From Phoronis australis (taxonomy: Eukaryota; Animalia; Phoronida), in contig NMRA01000383.1 of assembly GCA_002633005.1 (NCBI GenBank), positions 12,951 to 76,950 on the forward strand: 64,000 bases of DNA, read 5' to 3'. Below the pieces are notes generated by a model. The model was given only the letters and a program-made list of their open reading frames with translations, had not been told where the DNA came from and did not search any database. Of the stretch, positions 50,501-63,540 are shown in pieces (position 1 is the stretch's first letter; each line of letters opens with the position of its first letter). Both the position numbers and the translations under genes were made by a program.

Positions 50501-53500
50501 CCGCAACATCTGTTGTTTCACTTTTGGCCTTAAAATGAACTGTAGGTACTGTTTTATAGCTCCTTATGCTAGGGTCAGTGTTACATTGTGAAAAAGGTTG
50601 AGTTATATATCTTGGTTAGTTTGATGACTGAGGCCTTCTGAATTTCTAACTATATGTTAGCACAATAGAGTATTATTTCAATAATTATTTCTTTGTATCC
50701 AATTTTTCTGCATGGAAAAATGGATTATTGAGTCCATTGTAATTTTCCTCATTTTTGTTACAGCCAGGAGCACTGGTGGTGAAACTCAGAAACACTTCCT
50801 GTATAAATACTTGAAGGAACAGCTAATATGGCGGTCATTGAGATTCTGGAACGCTGCTTTCTTTGATGCTGTGCAGTGTGAGCGGTCAAGGAGACCAGTG
50901 TCCACAAAGTAAATGAATTAAGGGTCTTATGTACGATAACATCTCACCAATTCAGGACACAAAATGACGAACTAGTAAAATTTCATTTCTTAATTTTGAT
51001 TAAGAATAAATAATAATAAAGTTTATATCAGTTTTAACTTGTATATCATCACTAACATCGGAAACGATGCATTCACAACAATTTTAGGAATCTTTAAAAA
51101 ACGAAAAAGCCAATTTTGGCAATTATTTTTATATCAAATTGGTGAGATTTTACGCCACCATCACTTCTCTCTTGGGGTTTGCCATTAAGTTGCATTGTCA
51201 ATTTGTTACTTAACTACATGGTTTATTATGTGATTCATTCCAACTTGCTGATAACATATTGATTTATTTTTCTCACATTAACTTAACATTGAGTAAGTGA
51301 TTGTAATTTTGGCGAATGTGAGTCAGTTTTGACAATCATAGCACCATTGTTGATGGTTCAACTTAATTATTCTTTTTTCAAAGCTTAAGAGTTGAAAATA
51401 TAACAATAACTAAATATTTTCTGTCAGCTAATGCCCACCTCTTATCCGAGGGCCATGTAATCAATGTTATAAAATAACTCGTGCACACTCGTGTCTTGGT
51501 GTCAGTCTATCACTAATAGGTGTCACCACTAAAGGTACCCCAGTCGTGTTCAGAGCCTGGGCAGAACTGTAACAATGTGGCACCGTACGGTTGAAGTGGG
51601 GGATTTATTTTGCAGACGAGTGCTCATTACAAAAATTTTCCGTTTGGTTTCAACTCTAAATCAAAGCTAGTCCATTCAGTATTCACCATTCTCTCCATCA
51701 CTTCTTGCAGGCCAATTATCTCCCATGGTTAAAGGACTTACTAAAGCCATGCATCAGTGGGTACCAGCGAAAAGCAACCTAACATTTGGTTTTTGGCTAA
51801 CTTTGATCTCATTTTGCCATGTAAACGTGACCCAACTTTTTACAAGGAATTGATTTTCAGAAGTCAAACAGTTCGTAAAATCACCAGCTTTAGTCCATGA
51901 TTTATCAATTTATATTTACGCAGTGCCATGAAGTCATCGCTAATGTGGTAATTGCTCTACTCTATACAATATGACCTTGGATCAGTTTTCCTGATAAAAT
52001 GGCTCTTGACCACATCAGATACTAGGTGTGGTAGAATGACCTCAGCTTCATATGCCTCAACAAAAGATTTTTTTCAAAATTTTGTTTTTATTGTTATTGT
52101 GGCCACTGCTTTCATCCCACTGTATTTGGTAAAATTTGAAGCATTGGTGTTCTGCTGAAAAACAACTTACTGATTTAGGTCACTTACTGTATTATCGTAC
52201 TCTACCACTCACTGTATCATCGTACTCTACCACTCACTGTATCATCGTTCTCTACCACTCACTGTATCTTAGTACTCTACCACTCACTGTATCATTGTAC
52301 TCTACCACTTACTGTATCGTCGTTTTCTACCACTCACTGTATCTTTGTACTCTACCACTCACTGTATCATCGTACTCTACCACTCACTGTATCATCGTAC
52401 TCTACCACTCACTGTATCATCGTACTCTACCACTCGCTGTATCATTGCACTCTACTCAAATTAAAAATGACTGTCTTGCCATCAAAAGATTTGGCAGTAT
52501 GTTTTTGCTTCAGATCATGCGTGTTAAGTTTGCTTTTCACTGCGGTTCTCTGACGCTGTATGGTATAGCATCACTAAGGAAGTGTTGTGCGTATACAGAA
52601 AGTTATTTTTGACCCCAAGGCATGATTCATAATGACTTTAATTATAGTTTAATATGTTTTCATTTCTGTGCACGTTTCTAAGTATAGTGTTTTCTCACTT
52701 TCAAACGTCATAACTTAATTAAAAACTAATGTCTTGTAGATTTCTGTAATAAAAACAAAATGCATTCATCAAACTGTAGAGCACTGTTCTTCAAGCAATA
52801 TGCTTAGCTTCCAATTATCTGAGTCATTAATCTTAATTGGCATGTGTTTCAAGTGAATATGATGAAAATGCAATTTTCCTTTATTGATGGAATTTTCTTA
52901 TTATTGATTCTCTCTCTTTTAGGGAAATCACGTTTTATTATTTCATTTTGTTTCTATGACAACAATGTTAAGTTTACTTGCCATAATCAACCACTGATTG
53001 GTGTTTTAGCAAAGATGACAAATCAGAGAAAATTGATGACAGAAGATTCCAGGAGAATGTGGTCTTCGGACAACTTGGGTGAGACGAATTTTAGTGTGAA
53101 CTTCTCAGTGATAAAATGTTATTTTCATCCTGTAAAGCTATTGTGCAGACTAAAATATAAGGTTTGTAGCACCTTATGTGTCATGTGGCCATGTATGTCA
53201 AACAAAATGAAAACGGTTGCCAGGCAACACAATAGCTGTGCACTTGACCACCAGTTTTCACACTGAGTTTACCAGCCATGAAATTGCATTCCACCTGGGC
53301 ATCTAACTCTGTTAGTGACTTGTTGATATGTCGGGCTGTTGCATGAGAGCGTACCATTATGTATCATTCTCCTGGACTGTTTAAACCATCTTATCAACTT
53401 TTTAAACCATCTGATTGAGAATCTTATTGGATTAAACTTAGCAAACAAGGCTTTTGTGTTGGCACACAATGCTGTGGTTATGAGAGGTCAGAGGTTACAC

Positions 53501-56500
53501 CCACAATGCTGTGGTTATGGAAGGGAGGGGTCAGAGGTTACACCTACTCATTTATGAATCCTCAGGCCAAAAATTTAAGTCTAATTTGTGTCAAAGTCAC
53601 CGCTTTTCTCCATACGATTTTTTTTGTTTTTGGTGACAGTATTTCATAAAAAGCATCTTCACGACATTTGTTGCAAGTCGTTTGCAAATAGTATTTTTTA
53701 AATATCGGTTAGCATGAGGTGCGCTGTTAATAACATTGCTGAATTATTTGAGTGAATCAGATGAAAGCAGACAATGAGAGAGCTGGACTATGTAAATATT
53801 GGTTTGCCAAGTTTCTCTGTCAAACTGATGACGACATGGCTGCAGACATTGAGCACGAATGGCATGATTTCTTCAGTAATGAGTCTTTCAATTTACTGCA
53901 TTAGAAAAATGGGAGGTTAATGAAAACGTTTGTGTAACTCAGCTGAAGAAAGCTGCCGCCTGATCGCTCGACTTATAGAATCACATTTTTCTCCATTTGT
54001 GTTTTCGTGTTCCTGTTGTTGTGCCTATTTCGTTGCAACTGCTTCACTGATTTCTAAAAGGTTTGTGTTAATCAGTCATCAATGCCTTGTAGAATAATTG
54101 TGTTTTGGCATTTTCCACTGAATATTTTGTTGGAGTAATTTATCGACCGTTAAAGTTAGGAGAAATGCATCCCTACAGTGCCAAGGAAGTTGCTCAAAAC
54201 TTGGATGAAGCCAAAAGTTTTTTCTATCTTAGCTTCTATATGTTATGAATATTATTATCTTGATGTAATTATTCTGACAAAAATGAGAAAGATGAGTGCT
54301 AGGTCACTTTTTACAAAAATAAAGTCACTTAGTTGATGTTCCTCAGGATGTAAAGTGTAGATTTTTATTCGAAACGAACGTTATTAGAATGGTTAAAACA
54401 GCATAAAGCATGTGAACCACTCTTCCATTGAATCTAGAAGGAACTGTTAGAATTCACAAAACTGATGTTTAGGCCTTAACATTTTCCGAGGGATTGTTGG
54501 CATTATTTGGGATGTGTAAAAAGTCGTCCTTGAACTACATTTGTCTGGAAAATTATTCATTTTCATTCAATCGATAGATTCTTGTAGTATGCAACTATTC
54601 TGTCAACCAATAAACGCCATGAAGGTATTTTATTTCTTAAAACAATGTTGTATATCTTAAGGACTTTTGATTATATGTCACGTTTTTCTGAATTATCCGT
54701 AAGTGCACCTGTGGTAACTAAATATCTCAAATTAATGACTTGAATGTTGTATTTAACTTGTGCTGTAAAGCACATAATATATAGTAATGAACATTGTTGG
54801 GTGAATGGTTTGTTGTGAGACATTACCAGTAAAAGCTCACTTTTCACTTGAGTAGTCCTTGCAGTTAAAGCTTATCGGTGGCAAGTTTTCACTGATTAAA
54901 GTAGTTTTCAAAAAATTTGATACATTTCCTTTTAATTTAAAATCGGGGAAATTCCGAAGGAAAAATTTCCGGCTCATTTCCAAATGATTTGGTGTCATTT
55001 TTTGTGTGCATTTCTTCTGGGTTTTCACAATGACTTTGTTGTCACCACTTTGAGGTGGTGATGTAGGAACATCATTTCTAAAATCTATTGATTTATTTAT
55101 ACAACATGAAACGATGTGCCAATGTAAATAGTCTAGAGGTCGGTGTAAATAGACCGATAGTCTAGAGGTCGGTGTAAATAGACCAATAGATTTTAGAAAT
55201 GATGTTAAATTTGTCAACCTGTTTGAAAACTAAGTGTACGTGAAACAGTCAGCCTTTGTAAAGTCAGTGTAATAATGTATATTGTTACTATGGAGACTTA
55301 GAGACTATTTAGTAATAAATCAAACTCATTTATTATTTCAGAACATTTGCTTGCAACATGAGAGCATTTGGCCTCAGCAGTGAACTCTGTCTGGAGTTTA
55401 TACGTAAGCAGTCAACGATAGGAAATCTCAAGAAAGGTTAGTGACATACGATTAGTTTTGTGATTCATTTTATGGTATTGATTTTTCAATCTAGTTCTGG
55501 AATTTTGATTTTGTCTCGCTCTTGTGCTGCAATGATTCAAAGACTTATCACTGTCATCATTACTGAATCTAAATCAATTCCAAGACTTTAAAGTCTATTC
55601 TCTAATCTTGCTAAAAAAATTTAAAATTCATTAGTGAGGCAAATTTTCTTTGGCTGCACCCAGATATTGGTCTGGTCGTGCTTAGAATTTAAAAAGTTAC
55701 ACGAAATGGGGCGATGTCCTGGCCACCTGCACATATTTGTCTGATGGGGTATTGTGGTGTTGTCTGCTGTTCAATAGGGAGACAGAACGTCTGCCTTTTG
55801 ATCGAGTCTCATTATGAGAATGTCGTTTGAAGAATCCCAGGCTGTACCTTCCTGACAGCAAATGGCCTTGACATGTACTCTGTGAAAGTGCAACTCAAAA
55901 CTGATTAGAAATCTAGTCTTAATTTGAAAAGGTTTCCTATTAATCGATTCTGAAAAAGTTTCGATTTCCACCTCTGTGTTTTAGATTGCAAAATCATGTA
56001 ATATTGCAGGAAATTGTGCTAAATTTTACTGATTTTGAAATTATGTTAAATTTTCAAAAAGTTCATGGTATAGAAATAGTCCTCCCCTACGGCACATTTC
56101 TTGGTCTGGTACTTTGTGTTCAGTTAATATATGCCTGAACATTATCAAATACGATCAAAATCTATTGAAGGTGTCCCAAAGAACTTGGCAATTTGACATA
56201 TAATCAATGCATTTGAGGTTAATATGTGAAGGCCTGGAAAATGTCCAAATGGAAAACCAGTCAACTCCAAGAACATCGTGGAAGTGGCTCTTTTGAAATG
56301 AACCTGTCCTCTGTTATGATTTGTGCACTGATCACAATTGCTTTTAAAATGTTTCAATTTTCCATCAGGTGCTACGAAAAATTGGAACTCCATCAATAAG
56401 GTTTATGTTAAAAATTTGATCATGTTCTTGAGATAATGTTCTTGTTATGAATGCACCTTATGTTTTTGCTTGATTTTATTAAAAGCCATGGCCGTCTGAA

Positions 56501-57602
56501 CCAATACATCCAGATTGGTATAATGTCCAAAATGAATTCTACATGTAGTCTGTTTGATATTATCAGAAAACATATTTTTGCACTGTCAAATCTTATAGTT
56601 TTGCCGATATTTGGCTAAGTGCAAACTTCCTCATAATGTTATTATATTGGGTTGGAATAGCAAATGGTAATTTAAGTAACGCAATACACGATTATTGGGT
56701 TTTTACAAAAACATGCAACTGTTACATGTGTTATATGTTATTTGTCAAACATTTAGTTTTATTTGAGTAATAGGACCTGATGATAACACTGACTGTTATA
56801 TTTGAGTAATATACCTGATGATAACACTGACAGTTATGTTTGAGTAATAACCTGATGATAAAACTGACAGTTATGTTTGAGTAATACACCTGATGATAAC
56901 ACTGACAGTCATGTTTGAGTAATACACCTGATGATAACACTGACTTATATTTGAGTGATATACCTGATGATAACACTGACTGACGTTTTATTTGAGTAAT
57001 ATACCTGATGATAACACTGACTGTTTTATTTGAGTAATATACCTGATGATAACTCTGAGTGTTATGTTTGAGTAAAATACCAGATGATAACACTGACTCA
57101 TATATGAGAGTAATACACCTGATGATAACACTGACAGTTATATTTGAGTAATACACCTGATGATAACTCTGACTGTTATGTTTGAGTAATATACCAGATA
57201 CTAACACTGACTTATATTTGAGTGATATACCTGATGATAACACTGACTGTTAATATAACTGATGATAACACTGACTGTTATATTTGAGTAATATACCTGA
57301 TGATAACACTGACTGTTTTATTTGAGTAATATACTTGATGATAACACTGACTGTTATATTTGAGTAATACACCTGATGATAACTCTGACTGTTATGTTTG
57401 AGTAATATACCAGATACTAACACTGACTTATATTTGAGTGATATACCTGATGATAACACTGACTGTTATATTTGAGTAATATAACTGATGATAACACTGA
57501 CTGTTATATTTGAGTAATATACCTGATGATAACACTGACTGTTTCATTTATGTAGAGCAAGTACAACTCTTGAAGGAAAATGTTGAAAATTGGAAAGAAT
57601 GA
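38565..57602 (+). CDS. KIAA0513: KIAA0513 homologue (SBF2-domain protein), ~512 aa, 8 coding exons: 38565-39508, 45452-45500, 46452-46496, 49008-49152, 50764-50908, 53010-53078, 55342-55436, 57556-57602
   Basis: GT-AG introns with consistent phase (1539 nt). After a disordered acidic N-terminus: [128 protein letters not shown]. These match the KIAA0513 C-terminal region as I recall it. Confidence 0.93.
40122..40299. repeat. 25-bp minisatellite, ~7 copies
   Basis: AAT(G/A)AAATGCCCATCCACAGTGTAC repeated. Confidence 0.93.
40380..41618 (+). mobile_element. Second Helentron/Helitron-like non-autonomous family with ~445-bp internal tandem units
   Basis: CCCTAGTGGCAATTTT recurs at ~40485, ~40937 and ~41377, with colinear homology between units. 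The 3' end has hairpin CAACGC-TCC-GCGTTG followed by CTCTTGTTT. The 5' boundary is not resolved. Confidence 0.7.
42196..43386. repeat. 52-bp minisatellite, ~23 copies
   Basis: ACCCATGAATATAGACCAGCACATTTATCTCATCCAATACACATTTGACCAA repeated. Confidence 0.97.
44978..45069. repeat. ~47-bp tandem duplication
   Basis: ATACAGGAATATTCCTTCATCATG(T/C)AGACTCCTTCATGGTTTGCA twice. Confidence 0.85.
48757..48849. repeat. ~50-bp tandem duplication
   Basis: GTTGTAGCTGCGGTGCAAACCTTGAACATTTCAAAGCATTACT twice. Confidence 0.85.
52181..52454. repeat. 25-bp minisatellite, ~11 copies
   Basis: CACTCACTGTATCATCGTACTCTAC repeated. Confidence 0.95.
53575..53830 (+). repeat. Interspersed repeat copy representing the empty target site of the 23673-29311 insertion
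   Basis: The left half matches 23545-23672 and the right half matches 29312-~29430, joined through TAGTATTTTTTAAATATCGG. Confidence 0.85.
56757..57544. repeat. ~38-bp minisatellite, ~21 copies, abutting the last KIAA0513 exon
   Basis: TTTGAGTAATATACCTGATGATAACACTGACTGTTATA repeated. Confidence 0.95.
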
Positions 57603-59286
57603 TGAAGCAGGACTCAAGACTATTAAAGTAACGAGTTCGGTGCTCACTAACCGAGACTAAAGATAGGAGCAAGAAATCTTGTAGGACGTAGCTGTACATG
57701 TTCAACACCTCTGCACCAATGCCTTGATCAAGATTAGTTGTACTTTACCAGACGTTTTTAGTCCACCAGGCTTGCTGGTGATATGACATTTTGGGGTTGG
57801 AGAAGGTAACTAGACCACACATTGGCTCAGAATTACGCAGAAGGCTTGTAAATCATTGGTGTGGTTGACACAGAGTAGGCCTTCCCTAACACTCAAATGC
57901 AAGGTTAGTGAAAATAGTTCTTTGTTTATCTTGCTCCTAGTGGTTCAACTGTCCTAGTTGGGCTGTGTCAATAAACAGCTTAACAATGTGTTTATGGTCC
58001 TGGTTAGGAAAATGATTGTTTTATTACTCCCTCTGGGTTTTGAATAGCCTAACCCAGAATGAGATTTTGCTTAAGGTCTGTTGTAAAAAAGTGTTGTTAT
58101 TACGGCTACAATTACTATTGGTTGTGCATCAGGATGTCAAGGCTTTTAGCAGTGAATGAATTTACTGCTTATAATTAATACAGGTTTGTTGGTAGAACTA
58201 GCAAATGATGTGATCATTATTATTCATACTGTCCCTGTAGATAACGTTTCACCAACATTTGTTAGAATAAATATTAAAGTTTAATAAGTGTACACTGGTC
58301 ATTAACCCTTTCTTCTTGTCATGTTTTGTATGTTGTTGACTATACATGGTTGTGCTTCATGTCTTACTTTCCGCCTGCCTTGACCTTCTCTTGTAGTCTT
58401 TGATGTTTCCTGGTTGAGAGGTAGGAAAAGATGGTCAATAAAGCTAGTTTGTATCTAGATATGTCAGCACTGTTCACTGTTTATTTGGGGCAATGCCACA
58501 CTTGTACTGTAATTGTTTTGTATTAAGGTCACAAATGTTAAAATCCTTTTCGTAATAACTTAACTCTTATGTGAGAGGAGCTTCGATGTAAAGTGCGAAG
58601 TTAGTTAAACTGTTCATATGGGCTTTGGCAGCTAATGGACATCGAAGTAAACTGTAGGTCACGCTGTCATCATTGAAGTAATCTTGATAGCTGTGCCCCT
58701 GTTGATAACTGTTGATAGCAGTGCCCCCTGTTGATAACTGTTGAAGCATCGACATTCCACCGTTAAATCCACTTGTTAACAGCAAAGTGAACTGGTGCTG
58801 TTAACTTTGATCCAGGACCAAAGTTGACACCGCTCATGCTGACTGCAACTCCCTTAAACATTGAGGTGTTGACATTAGTGTGAAAGGGCCTTGAGTAAAT
58901 ATTCAACCGATTTGCCATAAAGCTGATAGAAACATGGTGTACCCTGAAGTCCCAGATCTTAAGGATAAGCCAGGTGTCAAGTACTATTCTCTACCAAACG
59001 CTGAGCCTATGTTTCTCTTTGAAAGCATTACAATGACATTTTAATGTTAAGATTGTTCAATGCTTGTTCATATAGGTGCCATCTATATACCGTAGATATG
59101 ATGGAAGTATAGATCTGTTGTAACAGTACTCACATTTTACTCATACATTGTGTATTTTATACTCAAGAAAGATTTTAGGCCTGAAGTGATGTTCTATTTG
59201 TTTGTAGATACAGAATTATTTTTACTTATTTGCTCATTGTATATGTGGGCACCCAGTGGCAGCAATGTTTAATTGGAAATTGTCAT

Positions 59287-59396
59287 GTTTGGACTGCAAT
59301 GATGTTCAGGTTGTTTGGACTGCAATGATGTTCAGGTTGTTTGGACTGCAATGATGTTCAGGTTGTTTGGACTGCAATGATGTTCAGGTTGTTTGG
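59287..59396. repeat. 26-bp tandem repeat, ~4 copies (probable KIAA0513 3' UTR)
   Basis: TGTTTGGACTGCAATGATGTTCAGGT repeated. Confidence 0.93.
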
Positions 59397-62026
59397 TTGA
59401 CTTGTTACTTTCATATATATTCATCTTGCTTTTCGCTGAAGACTTTAAAACACCAATTTTACATCAAAAACACCAAAAAACATTTAGCTGTATAATCAAC
59501 ACCTGCATCATGTTTCATGTGAAAAGTTTTCCCCGTGGTGTGTTGTTCAAAGACATTGTTTGTGGTGGTTATGAAAACTCAGTGTTTGACCGCCCTCTGG
59601 ATCTCCACTTTTCCACGGAATATATGGCATGGGTTTGTACAAGAAACTTGCGTGTTGTCGGATACGACACGCTGCCGCTTGGTACGTTCATGTCACACTC
59701 GTGTTTGTGGAAACTTACAGTTAGTCGCTTTACCGTGGTTTTACGCATTCAAGACAAGATCTAGAGTTAAGCAAACAGAATATTCTCTTTTCAACCAAAT
59801 GTGCAATTGATCTGAGCGAAATTAGATAAAATTAGTTTCATTTAATTTAGAGTACGTCTACTTAAATTAATGGTTGTTTAACTGACCACTAATTGGTGGC
59901 GATTATTTTGATCTCTTGAGATGGTTAGGGTAATTTGATAACAAAAATGCACAACTTCAAGACAATTACCATTCTTCAGTGAAAATAGGAATGGGTTAAA
60001 ATTTTTTTTTTTTTTCTACCGTGTTCTTACTCTTGTGAATTTTACACAAGAAACTGTCTTAGTTGTAGCCCAGTCCAGTCTAAGTTGGAGCCCAGTCCTA
60101 TAGGGTTTCTTAAGTGACATCTTTTTTATTTTTATGGGATTTTGTGTATTGAGCTCTTTAATTTGTTATTCCAGAATCTCAAATGATCGGTTCCGTTTTT
60201 GTTGCTAAACAGTAGCTGACCATATACTGTTAAAGTTGCCATGTCATGAATTATAACACCTTACTGATTACTGAATAGGCTTTAAGCTAAAAGTGTTGTG
60301 CATTAATTTATGTAATTGCTTGTATGATACAGAGTTACTATGTACTTAATGGTTATGTAAGTCTTAACATTCAGCAATAGACACGTGTAGTGGCAAAGGC
60401 CAGTGCTTCAGTGTTAGATATCTACACGTATCATCGTCATCGATTCAGTTGTTGTAAGCATTATTAAATATTGTATGAACAATTACTTAGCCATGAAACC
60501 AAGTACATATAAAATAGGTTTGTGAATTTATGTGCAAATATTTGTAACGCAATTGAGCAGATAGGTTGGTAGACCTGCACTACATACCTGTTGTAAGAAA
60601 CTTGTGTATAGACTACAGTTGGGTAAACTTCTTTCATAATTGGTACTCACTCCACTAGCTAACGACCACACTGTTGGCTCTTTCAGCAGACCACACTTAA
60701 TACTTGTAAGATTAGAAAAAGATAAATATACATGCATCACGTCGCAATATGTGAATTCTGAATTGTGACATTGGTGACGCAAATGACTTTAACCAAATGT
60801 CACTCTTGTTTAATTTCATTCAGTACAGCACAACAGATAACAGACTGATCTGTACAATGTATTACATGATAAATTACAATCAACACTGACATTGTCTTCA
60901 TTTCATTCACTTCCTTCATCTGACAGCAACTTAAACTAATTCCAGCTTCTTGCTACATTTCAGAATCTCAAATCTTGATCATGAAAACAGTGTAGCATTG
61001 TCAATTTGCATTATGTTTCTTGTCTACAAAGTATCTGGGAAAGAACGAGGTTTAAAATTACACCAAAAATTTCTAAATGTATCACAACATAAAACAAAAT
61101 TTTGTCTAGCAAAAACATGTGTCTACAAAGCAACACCACATCACCACTTCGGCTATAAACTCCCTAAAACTGGCTTGATTTAAAAGTTAGAACCGTGATT
61201 GTTATGAATTTAGTCTTTTAAGACTTAAAAGCTATGAATCCTGAGCTGCGGTGTTGGCATGACAACCACACTGTTCAACAAACGAAACTCGAGGTGATGC
61301 TACGACAGCATTGTTATAATTTCGGTCTTGGTTAAATTAAAGTAGTTCATGAAACGCAGCCCCAGACTTTGGAAGAACTAACGGTCCGTTTACTGCTTGA
61401 GATTAACTTGGCGTTACAAAGTATGTGTTCAGCAGGATTACCAGCCATATAGAACTGTCTGTCCCCTCTCTAGCCCAGAAATATTTCATCTGATTTAGGA
61501 ACACAGTGGAGAGTGCTGTACACCCAGAGTTGTTACATAATGTAACCTTTGACCTTTATGACCTCTTCAGTATAATTTGTCATTTTAAAAGACTTTGTTA
61601 AATCTATGCACAAAAATGTTTTACATTAACTTTCACAATGGACCTCTGCAATATTTTTTGTTTTTTTAAGAACCAAAAGACAGACAACTTACATGTACCC
61701 CAATTCAAAAACTGAGATAACAAGAATTTTCGGAAATATAAAACAATAAATTATCAGGACAAAATGACCCAGAATCTCGTCATGACAGCTGAGGGCAATT
61801 TCCGCCATGGCGGCTGAGTAAGAGTAGCTATAATGACTGACCATGATGGATGATTACCCAGTGTTAGAGGTTTGTGGATTACTTATGACATTTACTATAC
61901 TAAGTTACATTATATAATAACAAAATTCCACTTTGTCTCTAGTTCTAATGACTACACCCCAGTATTCCATGGCTGCATATGAACAGAGAATACACAACAA
62001 AGGATGGAATGATGACCAAGTTGATG

Positions 62027-62141
62027 ATTATAGTGTTACTTATAAGGCATGATGGTTATAGTGTTACTTATAGGGCGTGATAGTTATAGTGTTACTTATA
62101 GGGCGTGATAGTTATAGTGTTACTTATAGGGCGTGATGGTT
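62027..62141. repeat. 28-bp tandem repeat, ~4 copies
   Basis: GTTATAGTGTTACTTATAGGGCGTGATA repeated. Confidence 0.9.
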
Positions 62142-62503
62142 AAGTAACATGTCACCTCTGTCTATCACAACTGTTTTTACCTCATAATGCCCGTTTTGAA
62201 GCATTATTCAAACCATTGCAAATTATTACCATCTATTAAAGAGAACACACAAAGACCTATAATTACAATATTTCCAAAAAGGCTGTGAGCTTTCATAAAG
62301 GTGAGCAGGTTTGCAAGAATTTCCAAAGTAAATAAATCACCTAACAAGAGACATGCTCAAACAAAACATTTACATCATCATGCAACAATCCGTGAGACAA
62401 AATTTCATTTGTGTTCTGGACCCATGGTCTAACCTTTGTACTCAAAACCCAACTCAAAATTATCTTCGACACTTTCTGCTCTAGTTTCGTGCAAACTTAA
62501 TGC

Positions 62504-62633
62504 AAGTATCTACTGCTATGTGTGTGAGTACACTATACATTATGGTCTACACCGAGGGCTGTATAATACAAGTGTCTACTGCTCTGTGTGTGAGTACACT
62601 ATACATTATGGTCTACACCCAGGGCTGTATAAT
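62504..62633. repeat. ~66-bp tandem duplication
   Basis: AAGT(A/G)TCTACTGCT..GTGTGTGAGTACACTATACATTATGGTCTACACC..AGGGCTGTATAAT twice. Confidence 0.88.
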
Positions 62634-63220
62634 CTGCCCTTGTACTTGATGACCACAGCATCAACGCAATACGTTCGAGTCTGAATTAAAAATTTTGAGC
62701 TTTTACTCAAAATCCTCAAGCTTTGGGTCATCAAGTACTAACTTGGATTACACATATCACAACATACCTGAGCACAAAAAGACGACATCTTGGTTTTGTA
62801 TCCAAATAGAACATAAAATGCCAAAAACAATCATGAAATCAATTTCAAGAACTAAGGTTAGACCTCGGAGCCCTGACAAGTTTCGTTAGAACCACACTAT
62901 GTTCTGTCCTTCAAAGACATAAGCCTGCACTTGTGGCCAAGAATGTTCGCTTATGAAACCAAAACAGTGAATTAATCCCGTAAATTAAGAATTCTATCTC
63001 ATAATTTAATACGACATCATCACCAACCAATCACTTCAATGACTGCCATTTTGCTAGCGAGGTCATGTTCGCAAGGTCTCGAGGATACTCACGAAATACT
63101 CATCTTTCACTCACACAGTCTCGCTTTTCATGCAACAAATTTGATCGATGGCACACTACTCGCATCAAAACAGAGCATATCAGTAAACGACCTCGTGACC
63201 TTTCTCGAGACCTCTTGACC

Positions 63221-63540
63221 CTATGACCAGCCAATCTTTCTGGATTTCCTATCCTCCTCCCTATACTGCTGTTCACTCTCCTCGTACGCCTCTCTGTCAT
63301 ATCCTTCCACTATTTCCTCCTCTTGTGCTCGTGCCAGTACAGAGTGCGGGTGCTGTGGCAAGTTTCTCATGGCTGCCTCTAGGGGGAGCACCTGTAAGTG
63401 GTCCTCCATGCGGCTGAGAAGGCCCAGTTGTTCTAGTATACGTACAGCCTCGCCACTGTCAAACTCCAAATCACTATTGCTCACTTTACCCTGAATCCAC
63501 TCCTCTATTTGGTTTTCAAGGTCAACCTCTTTTAAACCCC
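63221..63540 (-). CDS. TMEM143: Last coding exon of a probable transmembrane protein 143 (DUF3754) gene; upstream exons not found and probably beyond the window
   Basis: Acceptor ATATTTGCAG at 63550-63541, then GLKEVDLENQIEEWIQGKVSNSDLEFDSGEAVRILEQLGLL...VLPLEAAMRNL...RKIGWS*. The 'L..IE.WL....FD...A...L..LGL' pattern resembles the DUF3754/TMEM143 C-terminus. Coding status is more certain than the gene name. Confidence 0.72.

Noticed and set aside
57600-57605. Selenocysteine or read-through at the KIAA0513 TGA
   Set aside because: It is a tandem TGATGA at the expected protein end, and no SECIS-like element was recognised.
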